Notes under the pieces: model-generated
The model's input: only the letters and a program-made list of their open reading frames with translations
Told to the model about the DNA's origin: nothing
Databases searched by the model: none
Translations under genes and position numbers: made by a program
Assembly (NCBI GenBank): GCA_963750125.1
Contig: CAVVPT010000011.1
Span: 261,710 to 325,709, forward strand
DNA length: 64,000 nucleotides
Reading direction: 5' to 3'
DNA from: an uncultured Chloroflexia bacterium
Lineage (GTDB): Bacteria; Chloroflexota; Limnocylindria; Limnocylindrales; CSP1-4
Shown here: piece by piece, positions 9,996-20,097 of the stretch
Numbering within the stretch: position 1 is the first letter of the stretch
Layout: every line of letters begins with the position of its first letter

Positions 9996-11474
9996 TGGCC
10001 GCCATCGCCCCCGATACCACCGAGGCCGCTGCGCCGGGCTGGCTCGCTTCGTTCGTCGAGGCCTGGGAGCCGGGGAGTGGCGAGCTGGTGGAGGACCGTG
10101 AGCCGGCGACGGGCCGGTTGATCGCCACGGTTCGCGCCTCGACGACCGACGACGTCGCGCGAGCCGCCGCCGCCGCCAAAGAGGCGCAGCCGGCCTGGGC
10201 CGAGATGTCGTACCAGGAGCGGGCGCGAATCCTGCGCAAAGCCGCCGACATCTACGAGAACGAATCGTGCGGAGTTCGGGACGTGGACGATGCGCGAGAC
10301 GGGCGCCTCGCACAGCAAGATGCACCACGAGTCGAACTTCGCCTACGGCGAGATCCTGAGCGCCGCGACGCTGCCTTGGCAGCCGTACGGCTCGCTTGTC
10401 CCCACCGTGGTGCCGGGCCGACTGTCGATGGTCCGCCGGATCCCGGTCGGCGTGATCGGCACGATCACACCGTGGAACTCGCCGAGCGTGCTCGGAATGC
10501 GCGTCGTCGCCCCGGCGCTCGCGCTCGGCAACGCCGTCGTCCTCAAGCCCGATCCGCAGACGCCGATCATCGGCGGGGCCATGTTCGAGGCGGTCTTTCG
10601 CGAGGCCGGATTGCCCAATGGCGTGCTCCAGATCGTCGTCGGTGGCGCCGATGCCGGCGAGGCGCTCGTAACCGACCCGAATGTGTCGATGGTCTCGTTC
10701 ACGGGTTCGACAGCGGCTGGGCGTCGTGTTGGCGAGCTGGCCGGCGGGCGGCTCAAGAAGGTGTCGCTCGAGCTCGGCGGCAACAACGCGTTCATCGTGC
10801 TCGACGACGCGGACCTCGACGCCGCGACCGCGGCCGGTGCGTTCTCGGCGTTCCAGTTCCAGGGCCAGGTCTGCTTTGCCGCGGGGCGGCACATCGTCCA
10901 CGAGAGCCTCGCCTCGGACTACGTCGACGCGCTGCGAGACAAGGCGCAAAAGCTGCGCATGGGCGACCCGTACCGCGATGACGTCCAGCTCGGGCCGATC
11001 GTCAACGAGAAGCAGGTCAAGCGGGTCGACGACATCGTGCGGCGTTCGGTCGACGGCGGCGCGCGCCTCGTCACCGGCGGCGCGCACGAGGGCCTCTTCT
11101 ACCAGCCGACCGTGCTCGCCGAGGTCACGCAGGACCTGCCGGCGTGGACGGACGAGATCTTCGGGCCGGTCGCACCGGTCACGACATTCCGGACCGACGA
11201 TGAAGCGCTGGCGCTCGCCAACAACAGCGAGTACGGGCTCGTCGGGACGGTCTATTCCCGGTCGATCTCGCGCGGACTGTCCGTCGCCCACCGGATCAAG
11301 GCGGGCATGGTGCACGTCAATGACGGTCCGCTCAACGACGAGGCGACCATCCCGTTCGGCGGCACCGGGATGTCCGGTAACGGGAGCCGCTATGGCGGCG
11401 AGGCGAACGCCGACAACTTCACCGAGTGGCAGTGGGTGACGGTGCGCGACCAGCCACCGACCTTCCCGTTCTGA
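9995..11474 (+). CDS. NAD(P)-dependent aldehyde dehydrogenase (frame break near 10,265)
   Basis: The N-terminal ~90 aa lie in the frame of ORF 9569..10981 and the rest in ORF 10290..11474. ELGGNNAF and the catalytic FQGQVCFAAGR are present. GAAGGAGA precedes the ATG. Confidence 0.85.
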
Positions 11475-12505
11475 TGACGTCGATCACCGAGGTTGCCCGT
11501 CTCGCGGGCGTGTCGACTGCGACGGCGTCGCGCGTCGTCTCCTCGGCCGACTACCCAGTCAGCGCGGCCACCCGGGCGAGGGTCCTGGACGCTGCTCGGA
11601 CGCTCGACTACGTCCCGAATGCGCTCGCGCGTGGGCTGCTCAAGAGCCAGATCCCGATAGTCGCGGTGGTCGTGCACGACATCACCGATCCGTATTTCGC
11701 CGAGGTGGTCCGTGGGGTGGAGGACGCGGCATCGCCCGCCGGGTACCTGGTGATCACCTGCAGCTCCGAGCGCGACGCCGAGCGCGAAACGTCGTATGTC
11801 CGGCTGCTTCGTTCGATGCGCGCGGCAAGCGTGATCTTCGCCGCGAGCGGGCTCGACAACCCGGAGTCGAACCAGGAGATCGAGAAGCACCTGGCCGCGA
11901 TGCGAGCGGACGGCGCGGCCGTCGTCCACCTGTCTCCGCACGCGCTGGGTCCCGCGGACGTCGGCGTCGACAACGAGGCGGGGATGGCGTCGATGGTGTC
12001 GGCGCTGGTGGCGCTCGGGCACCGCGAGATCGCGTTCCTCGCCGGCCCATCGACGCTGTTTGTCGCGCGGGCACGGCTGGCGGGGTACCGCCGTGGCCTC
12101 GAGGATGCCGGAATCCCGTTCGACGAGCGGCTCGTCATCCACACGAGCTTCGACAAGGACGGCGGCGCCCTCGGCGTCGATACCCTGCTCGACGGGTCCG
12201 CGCCGTTTACCGCGCTCGCCTGCGCCAATGACCCCCTGGCGATGGGTGTACTGGCGCGGCTCGCCGAGCTCGGGATCGCTGTTCCGACTGAGGTTTCTGT
12301 CGCTGGGTTCGACGACGTCCCGGTCGCGGCCATCACCTCGCCGAGCCTGTCGACCGTCCGCCTCCCGCTGCGGGAAATGGGACGGCGCGGGTTCGTCGAA
12401 GCGGCTCGGGTGCTCGGCGGCGACCAGCTTGCCCCGGCCGTGCTCCCGACCGAGCTCGCGATGCGCGCATCCACGGCGGCTCCACCGGCCGTCGCCCTCC
12501 CATGA
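11474..12505 (+). CDS. LacI-family transcriptional regulator
   Basis: HTH MTSITEVARLAGVSTATASRVVS followed by a periplasmic-binding-fold sugar domain. ATG overlaps the ALDH stop (TGATG). Confidence 0.9.
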   Translation: MTSITEVARLAGVSTATASRVVSSADYPVSAATRARVLDAARTLDYVPNALARGLLKSQIPIVAVVVHDITDPYFAEVVRGVEDAASPAGYLVITCSSERDAERETSYVRLLRSMRAASVIFAASGLDNPESNQEIEKHLAAMRADGAAVVHLSPHALGPADVGVDNEAGMASMVSALVALGHREIAFLAGPSTLFVARARLAGYRRGLEDAGIPFDERLVIHTSFDKDGGALGVDTLLDGSAPFTALACANDPLAMGVLARLAELGIAVPTEVSVAGFDDVPVAAITSPSLSTVRLPLREMGRRGFVEAARVLGGDQLAPAVLPTELAMRASTAAPPAVALP

Positions 12506-13257
12506 GCGGGCCACTCGACCGCCGCGTCGTGCTGATCACCGGGAGCAGCCGCGGGATCGGCGCCGAGGTCGCGGTCAAGGCAGCGGGCGCCGGTGCGACC
12601 GTTGCGGTTCACTACCACGCGGCCGCCGATGACGCGGCGAAGACCCTGGAGCGCGTTCGGGCCGCCGGTGGCGACGGCGATTGCTTCCAGGCGGACATCG
12701 GGGACGGGACGGCGGCCGAAGAGCTGGTCGCCACCGTGCTGGAGCACTTCGGGCGGATCGACGGCCTCGTCAACAACGCGGGCCTGACCCAGGTTGGCCC
12801 GTTCCTCTCCCTGTCGGTGGAGGAGTGGGACGCGGTGATCCGGACCGACCTGACCGCTGCGTTCCACACCTGTCGCGCGGCGATCCCGCGGATGCTCGAG
12901 CAGGGCGGTGGGTCGATCGTGAACGTGGCGTCGCGCCTGGGCCAGATGGGGATCCCCGAGACCGCCGCCTACAGCGCGGCCAAGGCAGGGCTCATCGGCC
13001 TCACGCGGTCGCTCGCCCGTGAGTTCGGCGGGCGCGGAATCCGGGTGAACGCCGTCGCGCCGGGCTTCACGGTCACGGAGATGACCGCGGACCTCGCCGA
13101 CACCGACACGGGCCGCCAGCGCCTCCGGGACATGCCGCTCGGACGCTTCGGGCGAGCCGACGAGGTGGCCGAGGCGGTGCTGTTCCTGCTGACCGACGCC
13201 TCGTCGCTGTTTCTCGGCCAGACGCTCAACCCGAATGCCGGCGGGTACATGCCGTGA
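12502..13257 (+). CDS. SDR-family oxidoreductase (FabG-like)
   Basis: TGSSRGIGAEVA, NNAG and YSAAKAG motifs. 4-nt overlaps with both neighbours. Confidence 0.9.
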   Translation: MSGPLDRRVVLITGSSRGIGAEVAVKAAGAGATVAVHYHAAADDAAKTLERVRAAGGDGDCFQADIGDGTAAEELVATVLEHFGRIDGLVNNAGLTQVGPFLSLSVEEWDAVIRTDLTAAFHTCRAAIPRMLEQGGGSIVNVASRLGQMGIPETAAYSAAKAGLIGLTRSLAREFGGRGIRVNAVAPGFTVTEMTADLADTDTGRQRLRDMPLGRFGRADEVAEAVLFLLTDASSLFLGQTLNPNAGGYMP

Positions 13258-14825
13258 CGGACGGGACCAAGGTCATCGGGGTACGGGACGCGGTCGGGAA
13301 GGTGCGCGACGGGTCGACGGTCGTGATCGGCGGCTCCGGCGCCGGGCACGCCCTGCCGCAGCGGTTCATCGACGAGCTGGCCGCCGTGTACACCGAGGAG
13401 GGCCGGCCCCGCGATCTGACTACGGTCCGGGTCGTGGGGATCGGCGACTTCGCAGACCGTGGCTTCTCGCAGCTCGGGCTGCCGGGGCTGATGCGCCGCA
13501 CGATCGGCAGCAACATCGGTAACGAGCCGCGCCTCGGCGCGCTTGTCGAAGGAAACGAGCTGGAGTCGTACTCGTTCCCGCAGGGCGTGCTCTCGCAGCT
13601 CATGCGCGAGATCGCCGCTGGCCGGCCGGGGCTGATCACGCACGTGGGGCTGGGTACATACGTCGACCCGCGCCAGACTGGCGGAAAGCAGAACGCCCGC
13701 ACGACCGAGGACCTCGTGGAGGTCGTGCCGCTGCGCGGCCGCGAATGGCTGCTGTTCCACGCCTTCCCGATCGACGTCGCGGTGATCCGCGGCACGACCG
13801 CCGACGACGACGGCAACCTCACGATGGACGGTGAGGCGGTCCAGGGCGAGATGCTCGCAATGGCCATGGCCGCCCGGAACAGCGGCGGGATCGTGATCGC
13901 CCAGGTCCGCCAGCTGGCCCCTCGCGGCAGCCTGCCGCTGCGCGACGTCAAGGTGCCGGGCGCACTCGTCGACCACGTCTACGTCGACCCGGAGCAGTGG
14001 CAGACGTACATCACGCAGGACTCGCCCTACTACAGCGGGCGGCTTCGGAAGCCCGTGACTGCCGAGCCGCCGCTGCCCCTCGATGTGCGCAAGATCATCG
14101 CCCGCCGCTCGCTGCTCGAGTTCCCGAAGGGCGCGATCTGCAACCTCGGCTTCGGCATCAGCCAGCTCATCGGTCGGGTTGCCTGGGAGGAGGGGATCAC
14201 GGACCAGCTCGTGCTCACCGTCGAGCAGGGGATCTTCGGCGGTGTGCCGGTGGCCGGCAACGAGGGCGGCGCCGGGTTCAACTACCAGGCGATGATCGAT
14301 CAGCCCAACATGTTCGACTTCTACGACGGCGGCGGACTCGACGTCGCCAGCCTTTCGTTCGCCGAGGTCGACGCCGAGGGCAACGTCAACGTCCATGCGT
14401 TCGAGGGCCGCGTGCGCGGGCCCGGCGGATTCCCGAACATCAGCGCCCGAACCCCCCGCCTCAACTTCGTCGGGACGCTCACCGCCCAGGGCCTCGAGCT
14501 CGCGATCGACGGAAACGGCGTCCGGGTGGTGACCGAGGGGTCCCTCTCGAAGTTCGTGCCGCAGGTGCGCGAGGTGTCGTTCAACGGGCGCCTCGCTCGC
14601 GAGCGTGGCCAGCAGGTCCGCTACATCACTGACCGGGCAGTGTTCGCGCTCGAAGACGATGGACTGGTGCTGACCGAGGTCGCCCCGGGCATCGACGTGG
14701 AGCGGGACGTCCGAGGCCGGATGGGCTTCCGGGCCCGGGTCGCCGAGGACCTGCGGACGAGCGACCTGCGCCTGTACGCGTCGGGGCCGATGGGCCTCGC
14801 CGCGGACTACGGAGTCGGTTCGTGA
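13254..14825 (+). CDS. Acyl-CoA:acetate / 3-ketoacid CoA-transferase (YdiF-like, fused alpha-beta)
   Basis: 523 aa with family-typical sequence along the full length. Confidence 0.8.
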   Translation: MTDGTKVIGVRDAVGKVRDGSTVVIGGSGAGHALPQRFIDELAAVYTEEGRPRDLTTVRVVGIGDFADRGFSQLGLPGLMRRTIGSNIGNEPRLGALVEGNELESYSFPQGVLSQLMREIAAGRPGLITHVGLGTYVDPRQTGGKQNARTTEDLVEVVPLRGREWLLFHAFPIDVAVIRGTTADDDGNLTMDGEAVQGEMLAMAMAARNSGGIVIAQVRQLAPRGSLPLRDVKVPGALVDHVYVDPEQWQTYITQDSPYYSGRLRKPVTAEPPLPLDVRKIIARRSLLEFPKGAICNLGFGISQLIGRVAWEEGITDQLVLTVEQGIFGGVPVAGNEGGAGFNYQAMIDQPNMFDFYDGGGLDVASLSFAEVDAEGNVNVHAFEGRVRGPGGFPNISARTPRLNFVGTLTAQGLELAIDGNGVRVVTEGSLSKFVPQVREVSFNGRLARERGQQVRYITDRAVFALEDDGLVLTEVAPGIDVERDVRGRMGFRARVAEDLRTSDLRLYASGPMGLAADYGVGS

Positions 14826-15066
14826 TCGTCGACGGCCGTCTCCTTGCGCCGGGTGCACACGTCGCGCCAGCCGAGCGTCCACCGTGCCCCGCCCCACCCC
14901 GATCGGTGCGGGTCGCGCATGAAAACGGCAGGGTACAGGCGCAAATCTTCTCGATCGTGCGCCGCACGCATGTTTCGAGAGGGCCAGAGACGCGTCCCCT
15001 CCAACGTGTGCGTATCACGCAAGCCGATGCCGGATGTGTGCGTCGGGAGCAAGCTCCGGGCGAACG

Positions 15067-15846
15067 ATGACCGGCCTTGTCAACCTCGAGCTGGGACAGG
15101 TCGCGCACCTCGAGCTCGACAACCCACCCATGAACCTGATCACGGACGAGCTGCTCACGGACCTTGACACAGCGATGGCAACGCTCGAAGCAGCCGCGCC
15201 CGGAGACGTGCGCGCGGTCGTCGTGACCGGCGCAGGTGAGCGAGCCTTCTCGGCCGGCTCGGACGTGAAGGGCTTCGAGTCGCACACGGGCGCCGCCGGG
15301 CGGCCGCATTTCACCCGCGAAGAGGCGGCAATGTCGCGTCTCGCCAACTTGCCCATGCCGACGATCGCGGCGATCGAAGCGAACGCACTTGGCGGCGGCC
15401 TCGAGTTGGCGCTTGCCTGCGACATCCGCGTCGCGTCCGAGCGTGCAAACCTCGGCCTGCCCGAGGTTCGCCTCGCGGTGACTCCTGGCGCCGGCGGCAC
15501 CCAGCGGCTGCCACGGGTCGTCGGTGTCGGGCGGGCCACGGAGCTGACACTGACCGGACGTGTCATCGACGCGCACGAGGCGGAGCGAATCGGACTGATC
15601 AGCCACGTCGTCGGCGCTGGTCTTGCGCGCAAGGCGGCCGAAGAGATCGCTGCCGAGATCTGTGAGCGCGGCCCGCTCGCCGTGCGTGAGGTGAAGCGGC
15701 TCATCGGTCAATCCACTGACCTCGACATCGACGAAGGCATCGCCGCCGAGATCGATGCCTCCGAACGGGTCTTCAACAGCGAAGACATGCTCGAAGGCGT
15801 GCGTGCCTTCTTCGACAAGCGACCACCGAAGTACAGGGGAACGTGA
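15067..15846 (+). CDS. Enoyl-CoA hydratase / isomerase (crotonase fold)
   Basis: ORF 15034..15846. Contains VVVTGAGERAFSAGSD and IAAIEANALGGGLELALACD. Confidence 0.9.
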   Translation: MTGLVNLELGQVAHLELDNPPMNLITDELLTDLDTAMATLEAAAPGDVRAVVVTGAGERAFSAGSDVKGFESHTGAAGRPHFTREEAAMSRLANLPMPTIAAIEANALGGGLELALACDIRVASERANLGLPEVRLAVTPGAGGTQRLPRVVGVGRATELTLTGRVIDAHEAERIGLISHVVGAGLARKAAEEIAAEICERGPLAVREVKRLIGQSTDLDIDEGIAAEIDASERVFNSEDMLEGVRAFFDKRPPKYRGT

Positions 15847-16908
15847 ATGAGTGAGATCGACCGGTTCGGGGTCTTCCTGCCCTCCTACGTCTGGGAGGGC
15901 GACGGTCCCGAGCGCGCCCGGGGGATCAAGGCGTTCGCGCGAACGGTCGAGGACCTCGGGTTCGACTCGCTGTTCATCACGGACCACCTGCTCGTTGGCA
16001 AGCGGTTCTACTCGGTGAACTGGCTCGAACCGCTGCTCGCCCTCGCCGTCGCCGCCGGCGTGACCGAACGGGTCCGGCTTGGGACCTCGGTCCTCGTCAT
16101 GCCCCTGCGCAACCCGGTGCTCCTCGCCAAGGAGCTGGCCACCCTGCAGTTCCTCTCGGACAACCGGGTGATCCTGGGCGCGGGCGTCGGCTGGAACGAC
16201 GCCGAGTACGAGGCGGTCGGTGTCCACAAGTCGGAGCGCGGCAGGCGCACCGACGAGATGCTCGACATCATGCTGCCGCTGCTCCAAGGCGAGACCGTGA
16301 CCTACCACGGCACGTACTACTCGGTCGACGATGTGTTCATCGAGCCGCGGACGTCGCAGCGTCCAGCGCTGTGGGTGGGCGGTGGCTCGCAGCTCGCCGA
16401 CCCGAAGTCGCCCGACCTGCCGAAGTTCGTCGAGTCGGTCAAGGCGCGGACCCTCCGTGCCGACGGCTGGATCCCCCGTCCGACCTGCCCGCCGCCGGAC
16501 ATCACTCGGGACTGGAACGAGCTGCAGGCCTACTTCGGTGAGCATGGCCAGGACGCGAGCGAACTGTCGATCGCCCACGAGAACTTCCTGCACCTGGTCC
16601 TCACCAACGACCCGGCCAAGGCGCGTGAGGAGCAGCACCGCGCGTTCCTCAAGGTCATGAGCGGCGAGCGCGGCCCGAACTACCTCGAGTCGGTCTACCT
16701 GTTCGGGACGCCCGACGAGATCGTCGCGTCGCTCCAGGCGCGCATCGACGCCGGGGTCGAGCAGTTCATCCTCCACACCATGACCCCTGATCCCGGGCAG
16801 CTGCAGCAGTGGGTCGACGAGATCATCCCGAACGTGACATTCCCGCCGACGGCCGGCCCGGTGCGCCGGCCGAACCGCAACATCGCGGTCGCCGCGGCGG
16901 TGTCGTGA
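15847..16908 (+). CDS. LLM-class (luciferase-like) flavin/F420-dependent oxidoreductase
   Basis: 353 aa with FDSLFITDHLL and other LLM hallmarks. The start abuts the upstream stop. Confidence 0.85.
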   Translation: MSEIDRFGVFLPSYVWEGDGPERARGIKAFARTVEDLGFDSLFITDHLLVGKRFYSVNWLEPLLALAVAAGVTERVRLGTSVLVMPLRNPVLLAKELATLQFLSDNRVILGAGVGWNDAEYEAVGVHKSERGRRTDEMLDIMLPLLQGETVTYHGTYYSVDDVFIEPRTSQRPALWVGGGSQLADPKSPDLPKFVESVKARTLRADGWIPRPTCPPPDITRDWNELQAYFGEHGQDASELSIAHENFLHLVLTNDPAKAREEQHRAFLKVMSGERGPNYLESVYLFGTPDEIVASLQARIDAGVEQFILHTMTPDPGQLQQWVDEIIPNVTFPPTAGPVRRPNRNIAVAAAVS

Positions 16909-17764
16909 CCCGGCGCGTCGCGCTCCTCGGCAAGCCGCTCAAACGGCGGCACTCGGTCGTCATGCACAACGCTGCATTCGACGCGGCCGGGATCGATGCC
17001 CGCTACGAGCTGCTGGAACTCGAACCCGAGGACGTCGAAGCGGCCGTGACGGGCGCGCGCGGGCCGGGATATCTCGGGCTCGGGGTTACCGCGCCGTACA
17101 AGAAGCGCGTGGCAGGCCTCGTGGACGAGGTCGAACCCGACGCGGCACGGATCGGGGCCGTCAACAACGTGGTCCGCACCGACGACGCCCGGCTGATCGG
17201 GATCAACACCGACGCGCCTGGGTTCCGAGCGGGCGTGGAGCAGGCGATGGGGCGCCCGCTCACGGGCTCCAACGTGGTCGTCGCCGGTGCCGGCGGAGCC
17301 GCCCACGCCGTCGTCTATGCCTGTCTCGCGGCGGGCGCCCTGACGGGTGACGATCGGCAACCGGACGTCGCGCGCCGCAGAGGAGCTCGCTGCACGAATG
17401 GCGGGGGCCGGCGACGGGACGGTCGCTGGTGACCGGATTGGATGAGTCCACCTTCGCCGAAGCACTGGGCTCGGCCGATCTCGCCGTCAACGCGACCACC
17501 GTCGGGATGATCGATCCGGGAATGACCCTCCCCGTCGAGCTGCTTCGTCCCGACGCGACGGTCTTTGATCTCGTCTATGTCCCGGCCGAGACGCCGCTGC
17601 TCGCCGCCGCACGGGCGCGCGGTCTTCGCGCGGCGAACGGTTCCGAGATGCTCATCGCCCAGGCCGCGGCGGCGTTCGAGCGCTGGACCGGGGTCGGCGG
17701 CATGGCCGACGTCATGCGCGCGGCCGTTCAGCAGCTCCTCGACGACGCGACGGTCCGGGCCTGA
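16905..17764 (+). CDS. aroE: Shikimate / quinate dehydrogenase (AroE family; frame breaks near 17,340 and 17,425)
   Basis: Three consecutive frames carry HSVVMHNAAF...GVTAPYKK...NTDAPGF, then RVTIGNRTSRAAEELA, then NATTVGM...DLVYVP..TPLL. The GTG start overlaps the upstream TGA. Confidence 0.8.
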
Positions 17765-17767
17765 CCG

Positions 17768-18547
17768 GTGCGCTTCGCGACGATCCTGGACGACGCGCGG
17801 CCCGTGGTCACAGCCGTGATTGAAGACCGGGCGATCCCGTTGGACCCGAGGCTGACGATGCGCGACGTCGCCGCCGGCCGTGGGTACGGTCCCGGTCCGT
17901 CCGATCGCGGCGTACCCCTGGCCGCGGCCACGTTCGGCCCCGCGATCCCGGATCCCGGCGCGATCTACACGATCGGCGTCAACTACCGGACAGCCGGCGA
18001 ACCGGCAGGCGAGCGACCCGAGCGGCCGTACGTATTCGGCAAGCTCCCAACCTCGGTCGCGGGCCACGGCGCGACGCTGGCCTGGGATCGGGCGCTCACC
18101 GCCAACGTGGACGGGGAATGCGAGCTCGGCGTCGTCATGGGTGCCGACGGAGCAGTGTTCGGCTACACGATCGTCAACGACGTTTCGTCGCGCGACCCGT
18201 GGCTCGACGGCGACCAGTGGCTGCTCGGCAAGTCGATGGCCGGGTTCTGCCCCGTCGGCCCGTGGATCGTGACGCCCGACGAGCTCGACCCGTCGGACAT
18301 TCGGCTCGGTTGCACGATCAACGGCGAACCGATCCAGGACGGCGGAACCTCGGATATGCGCTTTTCGATCGCCGAGATCCTCGCCTTCCTCGGCCGCCAC
18401 GTGACGCTGCGGCCGGGTGATCTCATCGTGAGTGGCACGCCCGCCAGGCTCGCCACGCCGCCCGGTCCCGAGCGGCATCTCGAGCCGGGCGACGTCGTGA
18501 CCTGCTGGATCGAGGGCATCGGCGAATTGACGACCACGATTGCCTGA
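17768..18547 (+). CDS. Fumarylacetoacetate hydrolase (FAH) family protein
   Basis: 259 aa with ECELGVVMG...NDVSSRD...KSMAGFCPVGP typical of FAH-domain enzymes. Confidence 0.85.
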   Translation: MRFATILDDARPVVTAVIEDRAIPLDPRLTMRDVAAGRGYGPGPSDRGVPLAAATFGPAIPDPGAIYTIGVNYRTAGEPAGERPERPYVFGKLPTSVAGHGATLAWDRALTANVDGECELGVVMGADGAVFGYTIVNDVSSRDPWLDGDQWLLGKSMAGFCPVGPWIVTPDELDPSDIRLGCTINGEPIQDGGTSDMRFSIAEILAFLGRHVTLRPGDLIVSGTPARLATPPGPERHLEPGDVVTCWIEGIGELTTTIA

Positions 18548-18563
18548 ACGGAGGAGGCGAGGG

Positions 18564-19361
18564 ATGAAGCCCCAGACCGTGTTCCTCGGCGAGATGACGA
18601 GCCCTGAGGTGGAGCGTTTCCTCGCCGATCACGACACCGTGATCGTGCCGGTCGGCTCGACCGAGCAGCACGGTCCGCACGGCCCGTTGCTCACCGATGC
18701 GCTGGTCCCGACCGAGGTCGCCCGCCGCGTCGCCCCCGACGCCGGCGCGGCCGTCGCCCCGACGATCAACTACGGCCTGTCGTACCCGCACATCGGGTTC
18801 ACCGGGCTCATCCACGTCCGGATCCCGACTTTCATGGCCTTCGTGGAGGACGTCGTCGCCGGCCTGGCCGCCATCGGCTTCCGGCGGATCGTGCTGCTCA
18901 ACGGCCACTACGACAACACCTATGCGCTGGCATATGCCTGTGCCAACGTCGCGGACCGGCTGCCGGAAGGCACGCGTGCGTTCCCGATCAACTACTGGGA
19001 CGGCATCACCGCCGAGGAGGCGGCCGAGTTCTTCGGGGCGACGAGCGGCCTCCACGCCAACCGCGGCGAGACATCGGCCGTGCTCGCGATCAACCCGGCG
19101 CTCGTCGACATGGACGCCGCGAACGCTGAGATGCCGCCGTTCCCCGAGGTCGGCAACGCGCCCGCCGTGCACACCGCGTTCTTCTTCTCGGCCCCGGGTT
19201 CTGTGTACCGAGCGACCCAGTCGGGAACGTGGGGGGATGCCCGCGAGGCGACGCCCGAGTTCGGCGAGCGCTACCTGGCGGCCGTGACCCGCGGCACACT
19301 GCGCCTGCTCGACGACATCGAGCGCACGTTCGCAGCGATGCCGCCACGGTCAGCGGACTGA
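18564..19361 (+). CDS. Creatininase-family amidohydrolase
   Basis: VPVGSTEQHGPHGPLLTD motif. GGAGGAGG lies upstream of ATG 18564. Confidence 0.85.
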   Translation: MKPQTVFLGEMTSPEVERFLADHDTVIVPVGSTEQHGPHGPLLTDALVPTEVARRVAPDAGAAVAPTINYGLSYPHIGFTGLIHVRIPTFMAFVEDVVAGLAAIGFRRIVLLNGHYDNTYALAYACANVADRLPEGTRAFPINYWDGITAEEAAEFFGATSGLHANRGETSAVLAINPALVDMDAANAEMPPFPEVGNAPAVHTAFFFSAPGSVYRATQSGTWGDAREATPEFGERYLAAVTRGTLRLLDDIERTFAAMPPRSAD

Positions 19362-19362
19362 T

Positions 19363-20097
19363 TCAGCCCGAACGCTCGGGCCCGTCCACCTCGAAGTCGA
19401 CCACCAGCCCGTAGCGATCGGCCGGATAGCGCGACTCGGTCGCCTCGACCCGACGGGCGTGGCCGTCGAGGATCACCCGCTGCTCGACGAGGAGTGGGTC
19501 GCCGGCCCGGATCCCGAGGAGCCGCGCCTCGGGCGCGGATGCCGCCGCCGCCCGGATCGTGCCGGTTCCGCGGCGCAGGGCGAACCCCGCCCCGGTGAGC
19601 GCGTCGTGGAGCGAGCCTGCTGCAAGGTCAGCGTGCATCACGGCGCCCGCGGTCGACCCGATGAGGACCGTCGACTCGAGCGCGATCGGCTCACCGTCGG
19701 CGAGGCGCAGGCGGCGAAGGTGGACCACCGGCTGGTGCCGCGGGATCGCGAGATCGGCCGACTCGCGCTCGGTGGAAGGGCGGATTACGCGGGTGAGGAC
19801 GCGCGAGCTGGGCATGCGACCGGCGCGGGTCATCTCCTGGCTGAACGTCATCAGGCGGTTCGTCCGGCGGTGGGCCGGCGGCGCTGCGACGAAGCTGCCC
19901 CGCCCGGGTTCGCGTCGGATGAGCCCGTCCTCGGCGAGCCGTTGCATGGCGTGGCGCGCTGTCATCCGGCTGACGTGGAACTCGTCGACAAGCTCGGCGT
20001 CGGACGGCAGGCGCTCGCCGGGCTGCAGCGTCGCGATCCGTGCGCGAAGCGCCTGCTCGATCTGGCGGTAGTGCGGCTGGTGGCCGAACTCGGTCAT
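19363..20097 (-). CDS. GntR-family regulator, HutC subfamily (winged HTH plus UTRA domain)
   Basis: YRQIEQALRARIATLQPGERLPSDAELVDEFHVSRMTARHAMQRLAEDGLIRREPGRGSFV. ATG 20097 overlaps the ROK stop (ATGA). Confidence 0.9.
   Translation of the reverse strand: MTEFGHQPHYRQIEQALRARIATLQPGERLPSDAELVDEFHVSRMTARHAMQRLAEDGLIRREPGRGSFVAAPPAHRRTNRLMTFSQEMTRAGRMPSSRVLTRVIRPSTERESADLAIPRHQPVVHLRRLRLADGEPIALESTVLIGSTAGAVMHADLAAGSLHDALTGAGFALRRGTGTIRAAAASAPEARLLGIRAGDPLLVEQRVILDGHARRVEATESRYPADRYGLVVDFEVDGPERSG

Noticed and set aside
8297-10318. Long antisense ORFs, including this one and 3255..4646, 9924..11315, 12969..14897, 14626..16776, 31844..33871 and 60543..62357
   Set aside because: These are typical high-GC shadow ORFs. 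They lie opposite genes with clear family signatures, their translations are Arg/Pro/Gly/Ala/Asp-rich with no recognisable motifs, and their third-codon positions correspond to first or second positions of the real genes.
9569-10981. 470-aa ORF suggesting a fusion of the GMC small subunit with an aldehyde dehydrogenase
   Set aside because: An RBS (GAAGGAGA) followed by ATG 9,995, with an overlapping out-of-frame TGA, marks a normal gene boundary. The second half of the ORF is out-of-frame ALDH sequence.
14826-15066. 240-nt gap inside the catabolic cluster as a possible small gene or riboswitch
   Set aside because: The only ORFs here are short, overlapping and Arg-rich, and I could not recognise a conserved RNA motif. 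A minus-strand fragment (YPAVFMRDPHRSGWGG...) may be a gene relic, but there is too little to call.
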